DNA of 64,000 nt from Trueperaceae bacterium (GCA_965213705.1 OZ243913.1:1024001-1088000), one strand, 5' to 3'. Shown: positions 52,636-62,493, numbered from the stretch's first letter. Program-made: numbers and translations. The notes: generated by a model not told the origin, from the letters alone.

Positions 52636-53637
52636 ATGACACCAAAGCGACGTCTTGCGGCCCTGTTTGTGGTGACGGTGGGCGCGGTCGGCGCGGCGCT
52701 CGTGCAAACCGCGACCACTCAAACTCAACCCGTCCAAACCGATACCAATTGGCGCGGTGCGGCCGTCAGCGAACTCGGCGGGGCGGGTATCGACATTTCT
52801 TTTCCCGACGGTTCGTTTCTGGGCGAGGACGCGTTGACCGGCTACCAGGCGGCAGCCCTGGCCGGTCGTCTGTTGCAAGCTATCGACGCCCAGTCCGGTT
52901 GTGCGACCGAACTGCCGAGCGAACCCACCGGCATTTTTGCAGCCGCGCCCGCCGAGCACTGGTCGAACGACGCGCTCCGGCGGTTGTCGACCCTCGAGCT
53001 GAACGACGCTTTTCCCGACGGCTTTGACGGCGACGCGCTCCTGAGCGGGTTTCAAACCGCTGCCCTGATGAGCGAGGTGGTCAGGGTTTTGGACGCAAAA
53101 ACGACCTGCGCGCGCTTGAACCTGCAAGACCGCGTCGCCGAGTTGGAAACTGAACTCGCCACGGTTCGCGCCGACATCGCCTCGGGGGACTTGCGCGGCC
53201 CCGAAGGTTTGCAGGGTCCGGCAGGCCCGGTGGGTGCCTCAGGCCCGGCGGGGCCGCCCGGCACCCCAGGCGAACGGGGGCCGGCAGGTCCGGCCGGACC
53301 GCCGGGCGCGGCCGGACCTGCCGGGCCCACCGGTCCGGCGGGCGTCGCCGGGCGGCCGGGGCTGGCGTGCTGGGACTTAAACGCTGACGGTACCGGAAAC
53401 TTGGAAGAAGACGTCAACCTGGATTCGCTGTTCGACGCCCGCGACTGTGCCGGGCCCACCGGTCCGGCGGGACCGCCGGGTTCACCGGGCGCTCCAGGTC
53501 CGACCGGACCTGCGGGCCCGGCGGGTCCGCGCGGGGCGGACGGCGACAGCGGGCCACGCGGACCCGAAGGCCCGCAGGGTCCGCGTGGCCCCGAAGGCCC
53601 GCAGGGTCCCCAAGGCCCGCAGGGCCCTCAGGGTTGA
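52636..53637 (+). CDS. SLH-domain collagen-like protein 1
   Basis: Signal peptide; two SLH-like units ([24 protein letters not shown]); coiled coil; 19 + 20 Gly-X-Y triplets split by CWDLNADG...DVNLD...DC. Confidence 0.85.
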   Translation: MTPKRRLAALFVVTVGAVGAALVQTATTQTQPVQTDTNWRGAAVSELGGAGIDISFPDGSFLGEDALTGYQAAALAGRLLQAIDAQSGCATELPSEPTGIFAAAPAEHWSNDALRRLSTLELNDAFPDGFDGDALLSGFQTAALMSEVVRVLDAKTTCARLNLQDRVAELETELATVRADIASGDLRGPEGLQGPAGPVGASGPAGPPGTPGERGPAGPAGPPGAAGPAGPTGPAGVAGRPGLACWDLNADGTGNLEEDVNLDSLFDARDCAGPTGPAGPPGSPGAPGPTGPAGPAGPRGADGDSGPRGPEGPQGPRGPEGPQGPQGPQGPQG

Positions 53638-53692
53638 CCCCCAATCCTCAGCCCTGGACAGCGGCCTGTTACCCCCTGGCTGATAACGACGA

Positions 53693-53718
53693 CCCGGTGG
53701 GGCTCGAGCCCCACCGGG
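53693..53718. repeat. Perfect 26 bp palindrome centred on CTCGAG
   Basis: CCCGGTGGGGCTCGAGCCCCACCGGG, downstream of collagen gene 1. Confidence 0.9.
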
Positions 53719-53959
53719 GGGTCGTGGCGCCGAACCGCCGCAACTCTCTGTGACGCAGTCACAAGTTTCGTCTCACAAGTGGGCTAGGCTGGGGCAGTTG
53801 TTTTAGAGGTAACTGTTTTAGAGGTTGCGGGTTCGGAGGCTGCGGGTGCGCCAGAAAAGCGTGACGACAAAAAACAAGAGGGCCGAACGTGGTTTTCCAG
53901 CGGCAGAGTTCGGGTGGAGACCGGGGGCAAATATCCGTTTTCGACTGTCTTCTCGGCTG

Positions 53960-54787
53960 TTGCCTGCTCGTCTAAAGTCGTTTTGCTTGTTTTTGCTCTT
54001 TGGACTGCTGTTAGGTTCGGGGCTGGCGCAAACGGCGAACGACACCTGGAAGAGCGACGCCCTCACCACTTTGCAGCAAAACGGCGTCAGCGTCGCCTTT
54101 CCTGACGGCTCGTTTCTGGGTGAAGATACCCTGACCGGTTACCAGGCGGCTTCTTTGCTGGGCGAGTTGCTGCAAAAAATAAACGCCGTGACCGCCTGCC
54201 CGACCCCCGTCCCCGCCACGCCGGACGGTGTCTTCGCGGCGGTGTCGCCCGACCACTGGGCCTACGACGCCGCACGTCAACTGTCGGTGTTGGACGTCGC
54301 CGAGGCTTTTCCCGACGGCTTCAGCGGTGACGCGCTCTTGAGCGGGTTTCAAACCGCCGAACTCGTCAGCCGAACGCTCGAGCTGCTGAACGAAAAAGTC
54401 GCCTGCGGCGCTGTCGACGTGGCTGAACAGGTAGCGGGTCTGCAAACGCAAGTCACCAACCTAGACGCCGCCGTCGCGGCCGGCACGTTGCAAGGTCCGC
54501 CCGGCCCACCGGGCGAGCCGGGGCCGCCCGGCACCCCCGGACTTCAGGGCGTACCCGGACCCCAAGGCCCCCCTGGGCCGCCGGGCCAAGCGGGTGCGGA
54601 CGGACTACCCGGCTCACCGGGACCGCCCGGCCCGCCGGGGCCGTCCGGCGAGGTCGGCCCCCAAGGTCCCCCGGGTCCGCAGGGTCTCGCTTGCTGGGAC
54701 TTAGACGGCGACGGCGAAGCGGACCTGGCCGAAGACCGCAACTTAGACGGACTCTACAACACGCTGGACTGTATAGGACTGCCGTGA
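53960..54787 (+). CDS. SLH-domain collagen-like protein 2 (paralog)
   Basis: Same architecture; 22 Gly-X-Y triplets; ends [27 protein letters not shown]. Start uncertain (TTG 53960 or GTG 53861). Confidence 0.82.
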   Translation: MPARLKSFCLFLLFGLLLGSGLAQTANDTWKSDALTTLQQNGVSVAFPDGSFLGEDTLTGYQAASLLGELLQKINAVTACPTPVPATPDGVFAAVSPDHWAYDAARQLSVLDVAEAFPDGFSGDALLSGFQTAELVSRTLELLNEKVACGAVDVAEQVAGLQTQVTNLDAAVAAGTLQGPPGPPGEPGPPGTPGLQGVPGPQGPPGPPGQAGADGLPGSPGPPGPPGPSGEVGPQGPPGPQGLACWDLDGDGEADLAEDRNLDGLYNTLDCIGLP

Positions 54788-54795
54788 CTACGGCA

Positions 54796-54832
54796 AAAGG
54801 ACTGAGGGCGTTTGGACGTCCCTCAGTCCTTT
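54796..54832. terminator. Bidirectional terminator between convergent genes
   Basis: AAAGGACTGAGGG...CCCTCAGTCCTTT hairpin. Confidence 0.8.
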
Positions 54833-54858
54833 AAAACACAACAGGCGCGCCGCCTGGG

Positions 54859-55218
54859 TCAGTCCCAGTAGGGCGTGTACCCATAATAGTCGTGAACTTG
54901 TCGCCCCCAGTTCAGGTCGGCCGTGTCGGGCCAGTCGTTTTGGTCGAAGCCTTCAGCATTTTTGAGGCGGTCTTTGTCGACGTCGAGGCGGAGCACCTTG
55001 TTTTCCTCGTCGACGCTGAGGGCTTGCCAAGGCACGGCGAACAGTTTGTTGCCCATACCCAACAGGCCGCCGAAGTCGAGCACGCCGTAAGCGACCCGCC
55101 CCGACTGCACGTCTATCATAATGTCTTTGAGGTTGCCGATATTTTCGTCTTGCGCGTTTTTCACCGTGTCGCCGACCAAGCTGGTCGCGGACAGGGTCAG
55201 CCGGTAGTTGTCTGCCAT
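54859..55218 (-). CDS. PRC-barrel domain protein
   Basis: LSATSLVG..V.N...E.IG...DIM.D..SGRVAY.VL.FGG.LGMG.KLFAVPW. Confidence 0.92.
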   Translation of the reverse strand: MADNYRLTLSATSLVGDTVKNAQDENIGNLKDIMIDVQSGRVAYGVLDFGGLLGMGNKLFAVPWQALSVDEENKVLRLDVDKDRLKNAEGFDQNDWPDTADLNWGRQVHDYYGYTPYWD

Positions 55219-55339
55219 CACTGCCTCCGTTGAGCGAGGGTCGAAGGGTGTCACCTCGGTCTTTATCTTTATAGACGAAGATTCCGAGCCTCAAAAGAAG
55301 GCAGCTTTACAGTCGGCCCGTACCACGGGCCGACTGTAG

Positions 55340-56230
55340 CTAGGGTTCATCACCGTCAGACGCGTCGTCGCCGGGGTTGTCACCGTCAATCCCGTCACCG
55401 TCAATCCCGTCACCGTCAATCCCGTCACCGGGCAAGGTTTGCGTGTCTTGGTCGGTGGGTTGCGCGTCGTCTTGCGGTCCGGCCGGGAGCGCGTCCCCGG
55501 CCGACTCGTCGCCAGGCTCTAGGTCTTCAGCCTCCAAATCTTCAGCGTCCGAACTTGCCTCGTCCGAGGTTTCGTCTCCCATAGCGCCCGTTTGGGGGGG
55601 GCCGGTGCTCGAGGGGGGCGCGAACACGTAAGCCGCCTGCAACAGCTCCAAGTCCGTGCGGTCAACGAGGCCGTCGTCGTTGATATCGGCGGGCTCGTTG
55701 ATGCCGGGTTGCCCATAGCTTTGCGCCAGCGCGACGAGGTCGTAAAAGTCGACCGCGCCGTCGCGGTTGACGTCCTCCTTGACCGAGGTGAGAAGCGTGC
55801 CCAGCGCGGTCTGCTCGGCGTCGCCCAAGCTCAGCGGTTCTTCCGGCAGCGCCGGGTTCATCACGCCGCTGTTCGCGACGGCCAAGTCGAGCAGCAACCC
55901 CGCTTCGTGGAGGAGGGCGTTGGCGGCTAGGGGACCCGTGGTCGGCGTCACCAAAATCTCCAAGCCCCCGTTTTGGCGCTGTACGGTGAGCGAGAGCGTG
56001 TCGTCGCCGAGCAGCGCCGCGTCGCCGTAGCGGAACACGGGGACGTTTTCAGTGCCGGTGTCGCTATTCTCGGCGACCTCTAAAGTTTCGTCTAAGCCTT
56101 GCCAAGCCGCGAACGCCGCGGCCACGGCCGCGCTCAACCCGTCCGGGCCGCCCGCGGGGTCGACCCGGTAAGTGACCGCGAGCGCGGTGGCGGGCAACAC
56201 CAAAAAGAGCAAAAGGCGCAGACGCTTCAC
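55340..56230 (-). CDS. Secreted degenerate matrixin-like domain + dockerin + acidic tail
   Basis: AF.AW; LLHEAGLLLDL...VMNP (two Zn histidines missing); DVNRDGAVDFYDL and DINDDGLVDRTDL dockerin repeats. Confidence 0.8.
   Translation of the reverse strand: MKRLRLLLFLVLPATALAVTYRVDPAGGPDGLSAAVAAAFAAWQGLDETLEVAENSDTGTENVPVFRYGDAALLGDDTLSLTVQRQNGGLEILVTPTTGPLAANALLHEAGLLLDLAVANSGVMNPALPEEPLSLGDAEQTALGTLLTSVKEDVNRDGAVDFYDLVALAQSYGQPGINEPADINDDGLVDRTDLELLQAAYVFAPPSSTGPPQTGAMGDETSDEASSDAEDLEAEDLEPGDESAGDALPAGPQDDAQPTDQDTQTLPGDGIDGDGIDGDGIDGDNPGDDASDGDEP
55379..55430. repeat. 15 bp tandem repeat (about 3.5 copies) encoding GDGID
   Basis: GTCACCGTCAATCCC x3 plus a partial unit. Confidence 0.9.
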
Positions 56231-56769
56231 GGCCGCGCCTCTAAAACTTCACGTACCTCGTTGAGTAAAGCCTCGGTGTCGGCTCCGGCTCCGTCGGCGA
56301 CGAGGTCGCCGTCCTCGTTCAAACTCAATAACCGCCCCGTCTCGTCGCGCAGGCCGAGCGTCGTGTCGCGCCACAAGCCCTGCCGAAAACCGACGATAGG
56401 GGAGTACGCGTCCTCAGCGTAGGCCAGCACCAGCGCCGTCTCGCCGACGCTGAACTGCGGCATCAGACTTACCAAAAGCGACTCGCCCGAGGGCAGCGTG
56501 CCGCCGTAAAAAGCCAGGGTGACGGTGAGGAGCTGGTTGGTGTTCTCAGGGGCGGTCACGCCGACGAGGGCTTCCAAAACTTCGAAGGTGACGAGCGTCC
56601 AGGGGTCGCCGCCGCGCTCCTCGAGCGCGACCTCGCTGACCGAGCCGTAAAACCCCAGTTCGGTTTTTGCCAACATTTCGTCCACGGTCAACGCCTTGTA
56701 CGTCGTTGCAAAGGCGACGTTCAAGAGCAAAACGAGCAAGGCGGCTGTAAGGCGGAATCGCCTGGTCAT
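56227..56769 (-). CDS. Secreted hypothetical protein
   Basis: Signal peptide; G.V..V, T.VTFEV.E, GG..., MPQFSVGE..LV; 4 bp overlaps with both neighbours. Confidence 0.75.
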   Translation of the reverse strand: MTRRFRLTAALLVLLLNVAFATTYKALTVDEMLAKTELGFYGSVSEVALEERGGDPWTLVTFEVLEALVGVTAPENTNQLLTVTLAFYGGTLPSGESLLVSLMPQFSVGETALVLAYAEDAYSPIVGFRQGLWRDTTLGLRDETGRLLSLNEDGDLVADGAGADTEALLNEVREVLEARP

Positions 56770-57605
56770 TGGTCGTCTCCCGGATTGTCGACGGGCTCCG
56801 GGTCCAGTTCGTCGCCCAGTTCGTCACCCAAGTCGGCCCCGCCGGTCTCCGCCCCGCCGGTCTCGCCGCCTAGGTCGAGTGACGAGGCCGTGCCTTCGGT
56901 CAGGGTTTGGTACGCGAAGCCGGTCTCGCCTAAAAACTCTGTTTCGCTGCTGAGGGCCAAAGTCGTCACGACGACGGGGCGCAGTGTAAAGGTGAACATG
57001 CGCCGACCGCCGGACACGCTGCCGCCCAGAACCGCCAGGTCGAGCTGCAACTCGCCCTCGCCCGCTTCGTAAAACACGGCGAAGTTCTCGTTGGCGGCCG
57101 TGACGCTGTCGGGGACAAGCGCGAAGTAGCGCGGGTCCCAGGTGACGCGTGTGCGAAACGCCTGCAGGCCGCGGGCGTTGTCGACCTCGCCGCGCAGCAC
57201 GGTTGGGCGCTGCACGTCGGTCAAGGGCACGTTGAACGTGAGTTGGGCGGGGGGCGGTTTTTGCACGCTCACGGTGTAGTCCTGGAACGTCTTGGACAAG
57301 TTTGCGTCCGACACGCTCACTGTAAAGGTGTAACTGCCTTCAGTCGTCGGGACGCCGCGCAGGGTCGCGCCTTGCAGGCTCAGGCCGGGCGGCAAGGTGC
57401 CCTTGCTCAGCTCGAGCGTGTACGGGGTCAAGCCGCCCACGACGCGAACCGTCGCGGTGTACTCCTCGCCCAAGTAGGCGGGCTCGAGCGAGGACGCCAA
57501 CACGCGCAACGTTTCGCCGCGGGTGTCGAGTTCGCTGCCGCAGCCGCCGAGGAGTAAAACCGCACCCCAAAAGGCCGTCAAAAAAAGTCTGTTCCGGGTC
57601 GTCAT
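56766..57605 (-). CDS. Lipoprotein with putative Ig domain and cohesin-like domain
   Basis: Lipobox LLGGC; GG.TPYT...G.LPPGLSL...G.PT.EGSYTFTV.V.D; V.NA.GL.AF...VTWDP...L...SV and VSG...F.FT cohesin pattern. Confidence 0.75.
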   Translation of the reverse strand: MTTRNRLFLTAFWGAVLLLGGCGSELDTRGETLRVLASSLEPAYLGEEYTATVRVVGGLTPYTLELSKGTLPPGLSLQGATLRGVPTTEGSYTFTVSVSDANLSKTFQDYTVSVQKPPPAQLTFNVPLTDVQRPTVLRGEVDNARGLQAFRTRVTWDPRYFALVPDSVTAANENFAVFYEAGEGELQLDLAVLGGSVSGGRRMFTFTLRPVVVTTLALSSETEFLGETGFAYQTLTEGTASSLDLGGETGGAETGGADLGDELGDELDPEPVDNPGDDQ

Positions 57606-57881
57606 GGGTTTCACTCTACCCGAGACCCGTGTGAGCGCGCTGAAAAGAATTGCACTGACCTGCGAAATTTAAGGCTCGAGGCACCTTCAGGCCCACTTCG
57701 AGAACGATTCGGTAGCCTTTGTAAAAGCGGCCTCGGCAACTTTCGGCGTTGCGGGTGGGGCGTGCTAAGCTGACGGTACTTTCCGCGCCTCTTTGCAAGG
57801 GTGACGCGGCCAAAACCGAGCTGGGCTTGGAACAAAACCCTGCGCCCCAGCCCGCGCACCCGCCGTTCGAAACGAGGACCG

Positions 57882-60800
57882 ATGAAGCACTTTTCACTGC
57901 CCACTCAACCTGTCGCAGCCCGGCGCGAGTTTCACGTCTCGAGAGAAGCGCGGGACGGATTCGACCTGGACGAAAATTTGTTTTCGGTTCACGGCGCGGC
58001 CCTGTTCGCCGACTTGGGTGCGGCGCAGCGCGCGGCTTACCGGATGAACAAAAAACGCGACGTGGCGCGGTTTCCCGAGCTGGCGGTCCGGGCGAGCGAC
58101 CTGTACGCGGCGGGGTTGCTCGACGAACTCTTGCACCTGCTGGTACAGACTTACCGCGAACGGGTAAGCGATTCTCTTTTAGCCGAAGCCCTTGAAAAAC
58201 TCAGCGCCGAGTTGGGGCCGGACGCCCTGAACGAAACCCTGCGCGTTTTTGCCGAAACCTTCCCGGCGACGGCGGTCTACCGCGGCGAGCAAACGGCGAC
58301 CGAGTACCTGGCGGGGGAGACCGACGGGGTGCCGCACCGCCAGGTGGTGCTCGAGGAACTTCTCCTCCTTTACCTTGCCAACCGCAACCAAGCGCTCGCT
58401 CAGTTTATCGCGCTGTTCAACGACCGGGCGTTGGAAGAAACGGCCTACCCTCAAATTATCGCCGCCCTGCGCGACTTTTTCGCCGCGCCCGAGCGCTGTT
58501 TGGAGGGCGAGTCGCTGTTCGAAACCCTGCGCGCGCCGGCCCTGGCGAGCCCGAGTTCGCTGTCGGGGCAGCTCGAGTACATCCGCACGCGCCTGACGCC
58601 GCTGTTGGGTGAACGGGCCGAGGGGTTTTTTACACGCGTCTTGCAAGGTTTGGACGTGCTCAAAGAAGAAAACAAACCCGCCGCGACCTTCGGGAGTCCC
58701 GGCCCGGCGCAGGTGTTGACCTTCGACGCTGTCAACTTTGCAGAGGGCACCGGGACGGACGCCGGACAACCGCGCCGGGCGCGTGACGACTGGGCCACGC
58801 GGGGCGCGGTCGGTTACGAGCGCTACAGCCCCGACCAAGCGTGGATGCCGCGTGTGGTCATGCTCGCTAAAAGCACCTACGTGTGGCTCGGGCAGCTTTC
58901 ACAAAGCTACGGGCGCGACGTCGGACGTTTGGACCAGGTGCCCGATGAAGAGCTGGACGAACTCGCCCGGCGCGGCTTTACCGGCCTGTGGCTCATCGGC
59001 TTGTGGGAGCGGAGCGAGGCGAGCAAGCGCATCAAACACCTGCGCGGCAACCCCGACGCGGTCGCCTCGGCCTACGCGCTCTACGACTACGAAATCGCTC
59101 ACGACTTGGGCGGCGAAGCGGCCTTCGAGAACCTGCGCGACCGCGCCTGGGCGCGGGGCATCCGCCTCGCGAGCGACATGGTGCCGAACCACGTCGGCAT
59201 CGATGGGCGCTGGGTCCTCGAGCACCCCGACTGGTTTTTGAGTCTTGCCGAGCCGCCCTATCCCGGCTACACCTTCGACGGCCCCGACTTGTCGAGCGAC
59301 GAGCGCGTCGGTATCTTTATCGAAGACCATTACTACGACAGCAGCGACGCGGCGGTCGTGTTCAAACGTTTGGACCGTCACACCGGCGACGTGCGCTACG
59401 TCTACCACGGTAACGACGGCACGGTCACGCCCTGGAACGACACCGCGCAGCTCAACTACCTCAACCCCGAAACGCGCGAGGGCGTCATCCAGACGATTCT
59501 CCATGTGGCGCGCAAGTTTCCCATCATCCGTTTCGACGCGGCCATGACCCTTGCCAAAATTCACGTCCAGCGTTTATGGTTTCCCGAACCCGGCGAGGGC
59601 GGCGCGATTCCGAGCCGGGCGCAGTACGGCGGCATGTCGCAAGAGGACTTCGACCGGCTCATGCCGCAAGAGTTCTGGCGCGAGGTCGTCGACAGGGTTG
59701 CCCAGGAAGTCCCCGACACGCTGCTGCTGGCGGAAGCGTTTTGGATGATGGAGCCGTACTTTGTGCGCACGCTGGGGATGCACCGCGTTTACAACAGCGC
59801 GTTTATGCACATGATGATGCAGGAGGAAAACGCGAAGTACCGGCAGACGATTAAGAATACTTTGGAGTTCGACCCCGAAATCTTAAAGCGCTTCGTCAAC
59901 TTTATGAACAACCCCGACGAGGAAACGGCCGTCGCGCAGTTCGGCCGTGACGACAAGTATTTCGGCGTGGCGATTCTGCTGTCCACCTTGCCGGGCTTGC
60001 CGATGTTCGGCCACGGCCAGGTCGAAGGGTTTGTTGAAAAATACGGCATGGAGTACCGCCGCGCCAAGCTGAACGAGTCGCCGGACGCTTGGCTCATCGA
60101 CCGTCATTACCGCGAACTGTTCCCGCTGCTGCACCGCCGCGCCGAGTTCGCCGAGGTCGAGAACTTTACCCTGTACGACCTCTACACCGACGCGGGCACG
60201 GTCAACGAGGACGTGTTTGCCTACTCGAACCGCTACGGTGACGCGGCTTCGCTCGTCGTTTACAACAACAAGTTCGCCCAAGCCAAGGGCTGGCTGAAGC
60301 GCTCCTCGGCCTACAAGGACAAGGGCAGCGGCGAACTGCGCCAGCGCGACCTGAACGAAGGCTTGGGCGTCCACGGCGGCGACGAACATTTTGTCGTTCT
60401 GCGCGAACACATTTCGGGCCTCGAGTTTTTAAAACGCAGCCGCGACCTGCAAAACGAGGGGCTGTACGTCGAGCTGGAAGCCTTCAAGTACCGCGTTTAC
60501 CTCGACGTGCGCGAGGTCTACGACGCGGACGGCCGCTACGCCCAACTCCACGCCATGCTCGGCTCGCGGGGCGTGCCGAGCGTCGAAGACGCCCTGCAAG
60601 ACCTCCGCTACGCGCCCGTCTACGCGGCGCTGAACGGATTGCTGGAAGAACAAACCGAGGAAGGGTTGAAAGTCACTTTTGAAAAGTTGCTCGAGCACGC
60701 CCCTTCCTACGACCTGAACCCCACCTCCAGCGCAACCCAAGTCTTTGTCCGCCTGACCAAAGCCCTCCGCGAGTTTCCGCTGGTCTTTCGAGCCGACGAC

Positions 60801-61586
60801 GCGGTCGCTGAACCAAGAGACACCGAAGAGCCTTCAGAAACCACAGACGAGGCGACGGGGGAAAGAACGGAGACGACAAAAGAAACGACGGTAGAAGCGC
60901 CATTAGAAACAACAGAGGCGACGGTAGAAACGACACCTACAGGTGCCCAACCGCCGGACCGCCCCGACCTCACCGAAAACCGAGAAGCCGCTCCGGACGA
61001 CGCCCTCGAGCCCTACCGCGCCCTCATCCCCGCGGCCCGGCCCCTGTTCTTGCTGTGGTCGGTGGCGAAGAGCTTGGCGAGCGACGACACAGCGCCTACG
61101 ACGGTCGCGGAAAACCTCGACTTGACGCGGTACGCAGCGCGTTCGGTAAGTCAAGCATCCTGGCTCGAGCTGCTGCTCGGGCTCGAGCCGGTCGCCGACG
61201 AGGCGAAAGCCGTCGCCGAGTACCTGAACCGCGTGCAGGCCGACGAAGCCTCTACGCTCTACCTGCACGTCAACGAGCACGGGGGCGTGCGCTGGTTCGA
61301 CCGCGACGCTTACCATACGTTGGTCGTGGGCTTCGTCGGGGTTCACTGGCTGCTCGTCCAGTTCGGGGCGGACGCGGACGTGCAAACCCCGACCTTCGTC
61401 CCCAAGACGGCCCTCACCGACTTCGCCGCGGCCGAAGCGCGCAGCGGCTACCGCCTGGACCGGCTCACGCCGTCACCCGAACCCGTGCTCGAGGAGTTCC
61501 CGGAAACTCGGGTGGACGGGACGGGGCTCGAGGGCGAACCGCACGACAACGCCCAACCCAAAACCGCCGAGGTCGGCAGCGACTAG
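57882..61586 (+). CDS. Large GH13 alpha-amylase family protein
   Basis: DMVPNH, W.DTAQLNY, RFDAAM (nucleophile), LAEAFW (acid/base), NNPDE. Confidence 0.9.
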   Translation: MKHFSLPTQPVAARREFHVSREARDGFDLDENLFSVHGAALFADLGAAQRAAYRMNKKRDVARFPELAVRASDLYAAGLLDELLHLLVQTYRERVSDSLLAEALEKLSAELGPDALNETLRVFAETFPATAVYRGEQTATEYLAGETDGVPHRQVVLEELLLLYLANRNQALAQFIALFNDRALEETAYPQIIAALRDFFAAPERCLEGESLFETLRAPALASPSSLSGQLEYIRTRLTPLLGERAEGFFTRVLQGLDVLKEENKPAATFGSPGPAQVLTFDAVNFAEGTGTDAGQPRRARDDWATRGAVGYERYSPDQAWMPRVVMLAKSTYVWLGQLSQSYGRDVGRLDQVPDEELDELARRGFTGLWLIGLWERSEASKRIKHLRGNPDAVASAYALYDYEIAHDLGGEAAFENLRDRAWARGIRLASDMVPNHVGIDGRWVLEHPDWFLSLAEPPYPGYTFDGPDLSSDERVGIFIEDHYYDSSDAAVVFKRLDRHTGDVRYVYHGNDGTVTPWNDTAQLNYLNPETREGVIQTILHVARKFPIIRFDAAMTLAKIHVQRLWFPEPGEGGAIPSRAQYGGMSQEDFDRLMPQEFWREVVDRVAQEVPDTLLLAEAFWMMEPYFVRTLGMHRVYNSAFMHMMMQEENAKYRQTIKNTLEFDPEILKRFVNFMNNPDEETAVAQFGRDDKYFGVAILLSTLPGLPMFGHGQVEGFVEKYGMEYRRAKLNESPDAWLIDRHYRELFPLLHRRAEFAEVENFTLYDLYTDAGTVNEDVFAYSNRYGDAASLVVYNNKFAQAKGWLKRSSAYKDKGSGELRQRDLNEGLGVHGGDEHFVVLREHISGLEFLKRSRDLQNEGLYVELEAFKYRVYLDVREVYDADGRYAQLHAMLGSRGVPSVEDALQDLRYAPVYAALNGLLEEQTEEGLKVTFEKLLEHAPSYDLNPTSSATQVFVRLTKALREFPLVFRADDAVAEPRDTEEPSETTDEATGERTETTKETTVEAPLETTEATVETTPTGAQPPDRPDLTENREAAPDDALEPYRALIPAARPLFLLWSVAKSLASDDTAPTTVAENLDLTRYAARSVSQASWLELLLGLEPVADEAKAVAEYLNRVQADEASTLYLHVNEHGGVRWFDRDAYHTLVVGFVGVHWLLVQFGADADVQTPTFVPKTALTDFAAAEARSGYRLDRLTPSPEPVLEEFPETRVDGTGLEGEPHDNAQPKTAEVGSD

Positions 61587-62107
61587 CCCAACGCTTTAAG
61601 TTTATAAGCGCTCAGGTGCGTCAGCGCCAGGGCCAGCGCGTCGGCGACGTGGTGGCTCTCGGGTGTTTGGGTCAAACTCAGCAGGGCGCGCACCATGTAG
61701 GTGACTTGCGCCTTGCTGGCGCGGCCGCTGCCGACGAGGGTCTGCTTGACCTCCATCGGGCCGTACTCGAAAATGGGGATATCCAACTCCGCCGCCGCGA
61801 GCAGGCACACGCCGACCGCTTGCCCGACCTTGAAAGAAACCTCGCGCTGCCGGTGAAAATACTGCCCTTCGACCGAGAGCGCGTCGGGCGCGTGCTCGCT
61901 CAAAAAGGCTTTCGTCTCGCCATAAATTTTGTGAAGCCGCTCGGCCTGCTCCTCGCGCGGGCTCGTGCGGACGAACCTGCTGCCCAAATAAAGCGTCGTC
62001 CGGTGTTCTTGCCGCACCGCGCCCAGCCCCAAGTTGGCTATTCCGGGGTCGAGACCGACGACGCAGAGTTTCGTCGGCAGGCGCACATGTTCGCGTTTGA
62101 CAATCAC
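61583..62107 (-). CDS. ruvC: Holliday junction resolvase RuvC
   Basis: GLDPG, VEGQY, GQA.GV, G.GRASK.QV, ADALALA. Confidence 0.95.
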   Translation of the reverse strand: MIVKREHVRLPTKLCVVGLDPGIANLGLGAVRQEHRTTLYLGSRFVRTSPREEQAERLHKIYGETKAFLSEHAPDALSVEGQYFHRQREVSFKVGQAVGVCLLAAAELDIPIFEYGPMEVKQTLVGSGRASKAQVTYMVRALLSLTQTPESHHVADALALALTHLSAYKLKALG

Positions 62108-62249
62108 AGGGGCATCATGACACAGGATAAGGAGGGGAAAGGAAAAAGTGAAAAGGAGAAAGAGGGCCGCTCTTTCTCTCGAGACATCAGTTTCGTGAGG
62201 TGTTGAGACAAAATTGCTCTCGACCCGGCCCCCTCGTCAGGGGGCGGCC

Positions 62250-62493
62250 CTTCGGGCCGGGGGTCCAAAACGCGGACGCCAACCGAGCCGTCTCCAACGG
62301 TTTATGGAGCTGTTTTTACTCTCCAAAAAGCGTTCGCACCTCGAGTCTACCGCTCATACACCTCCTCACGCGAAGGTAGGCTTTCGCCATCCTCGCGCAG
62401 GCGCTTTCCGGCACGCATCAGCGCTTTCTGCCGCTCCTTGGCAGCTTCATACGCTTCGTCATTTGCCTCTTTCACTTTCTCCTTTTCCCTCAT
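62250..62493 (-). pseudogene. Probable vapBC relic: antitoxin C-terminus plus toxin fragments
   Basis: 62493-62347 reads MREKEKVKEANDEAYEAAKERQKALMRAGKRLREDGESLPSREEVYER*; overlapping MSGR start at 62357 stops early; GVRVLDP remnant downstream. Confidence 0.5.

Noticed and set aside
53749..53763. TGTGA-N5-TCACA, CRP-like site
   Set aside because: Spacing is 5 rather than the canonical 6.
53799..53825. GTTTTAGAG twice, resembling a type II CRISPR repeat start
   Set aside because: Only two 12 bp copies 15 bp apart, with no spacers and no cas genes.
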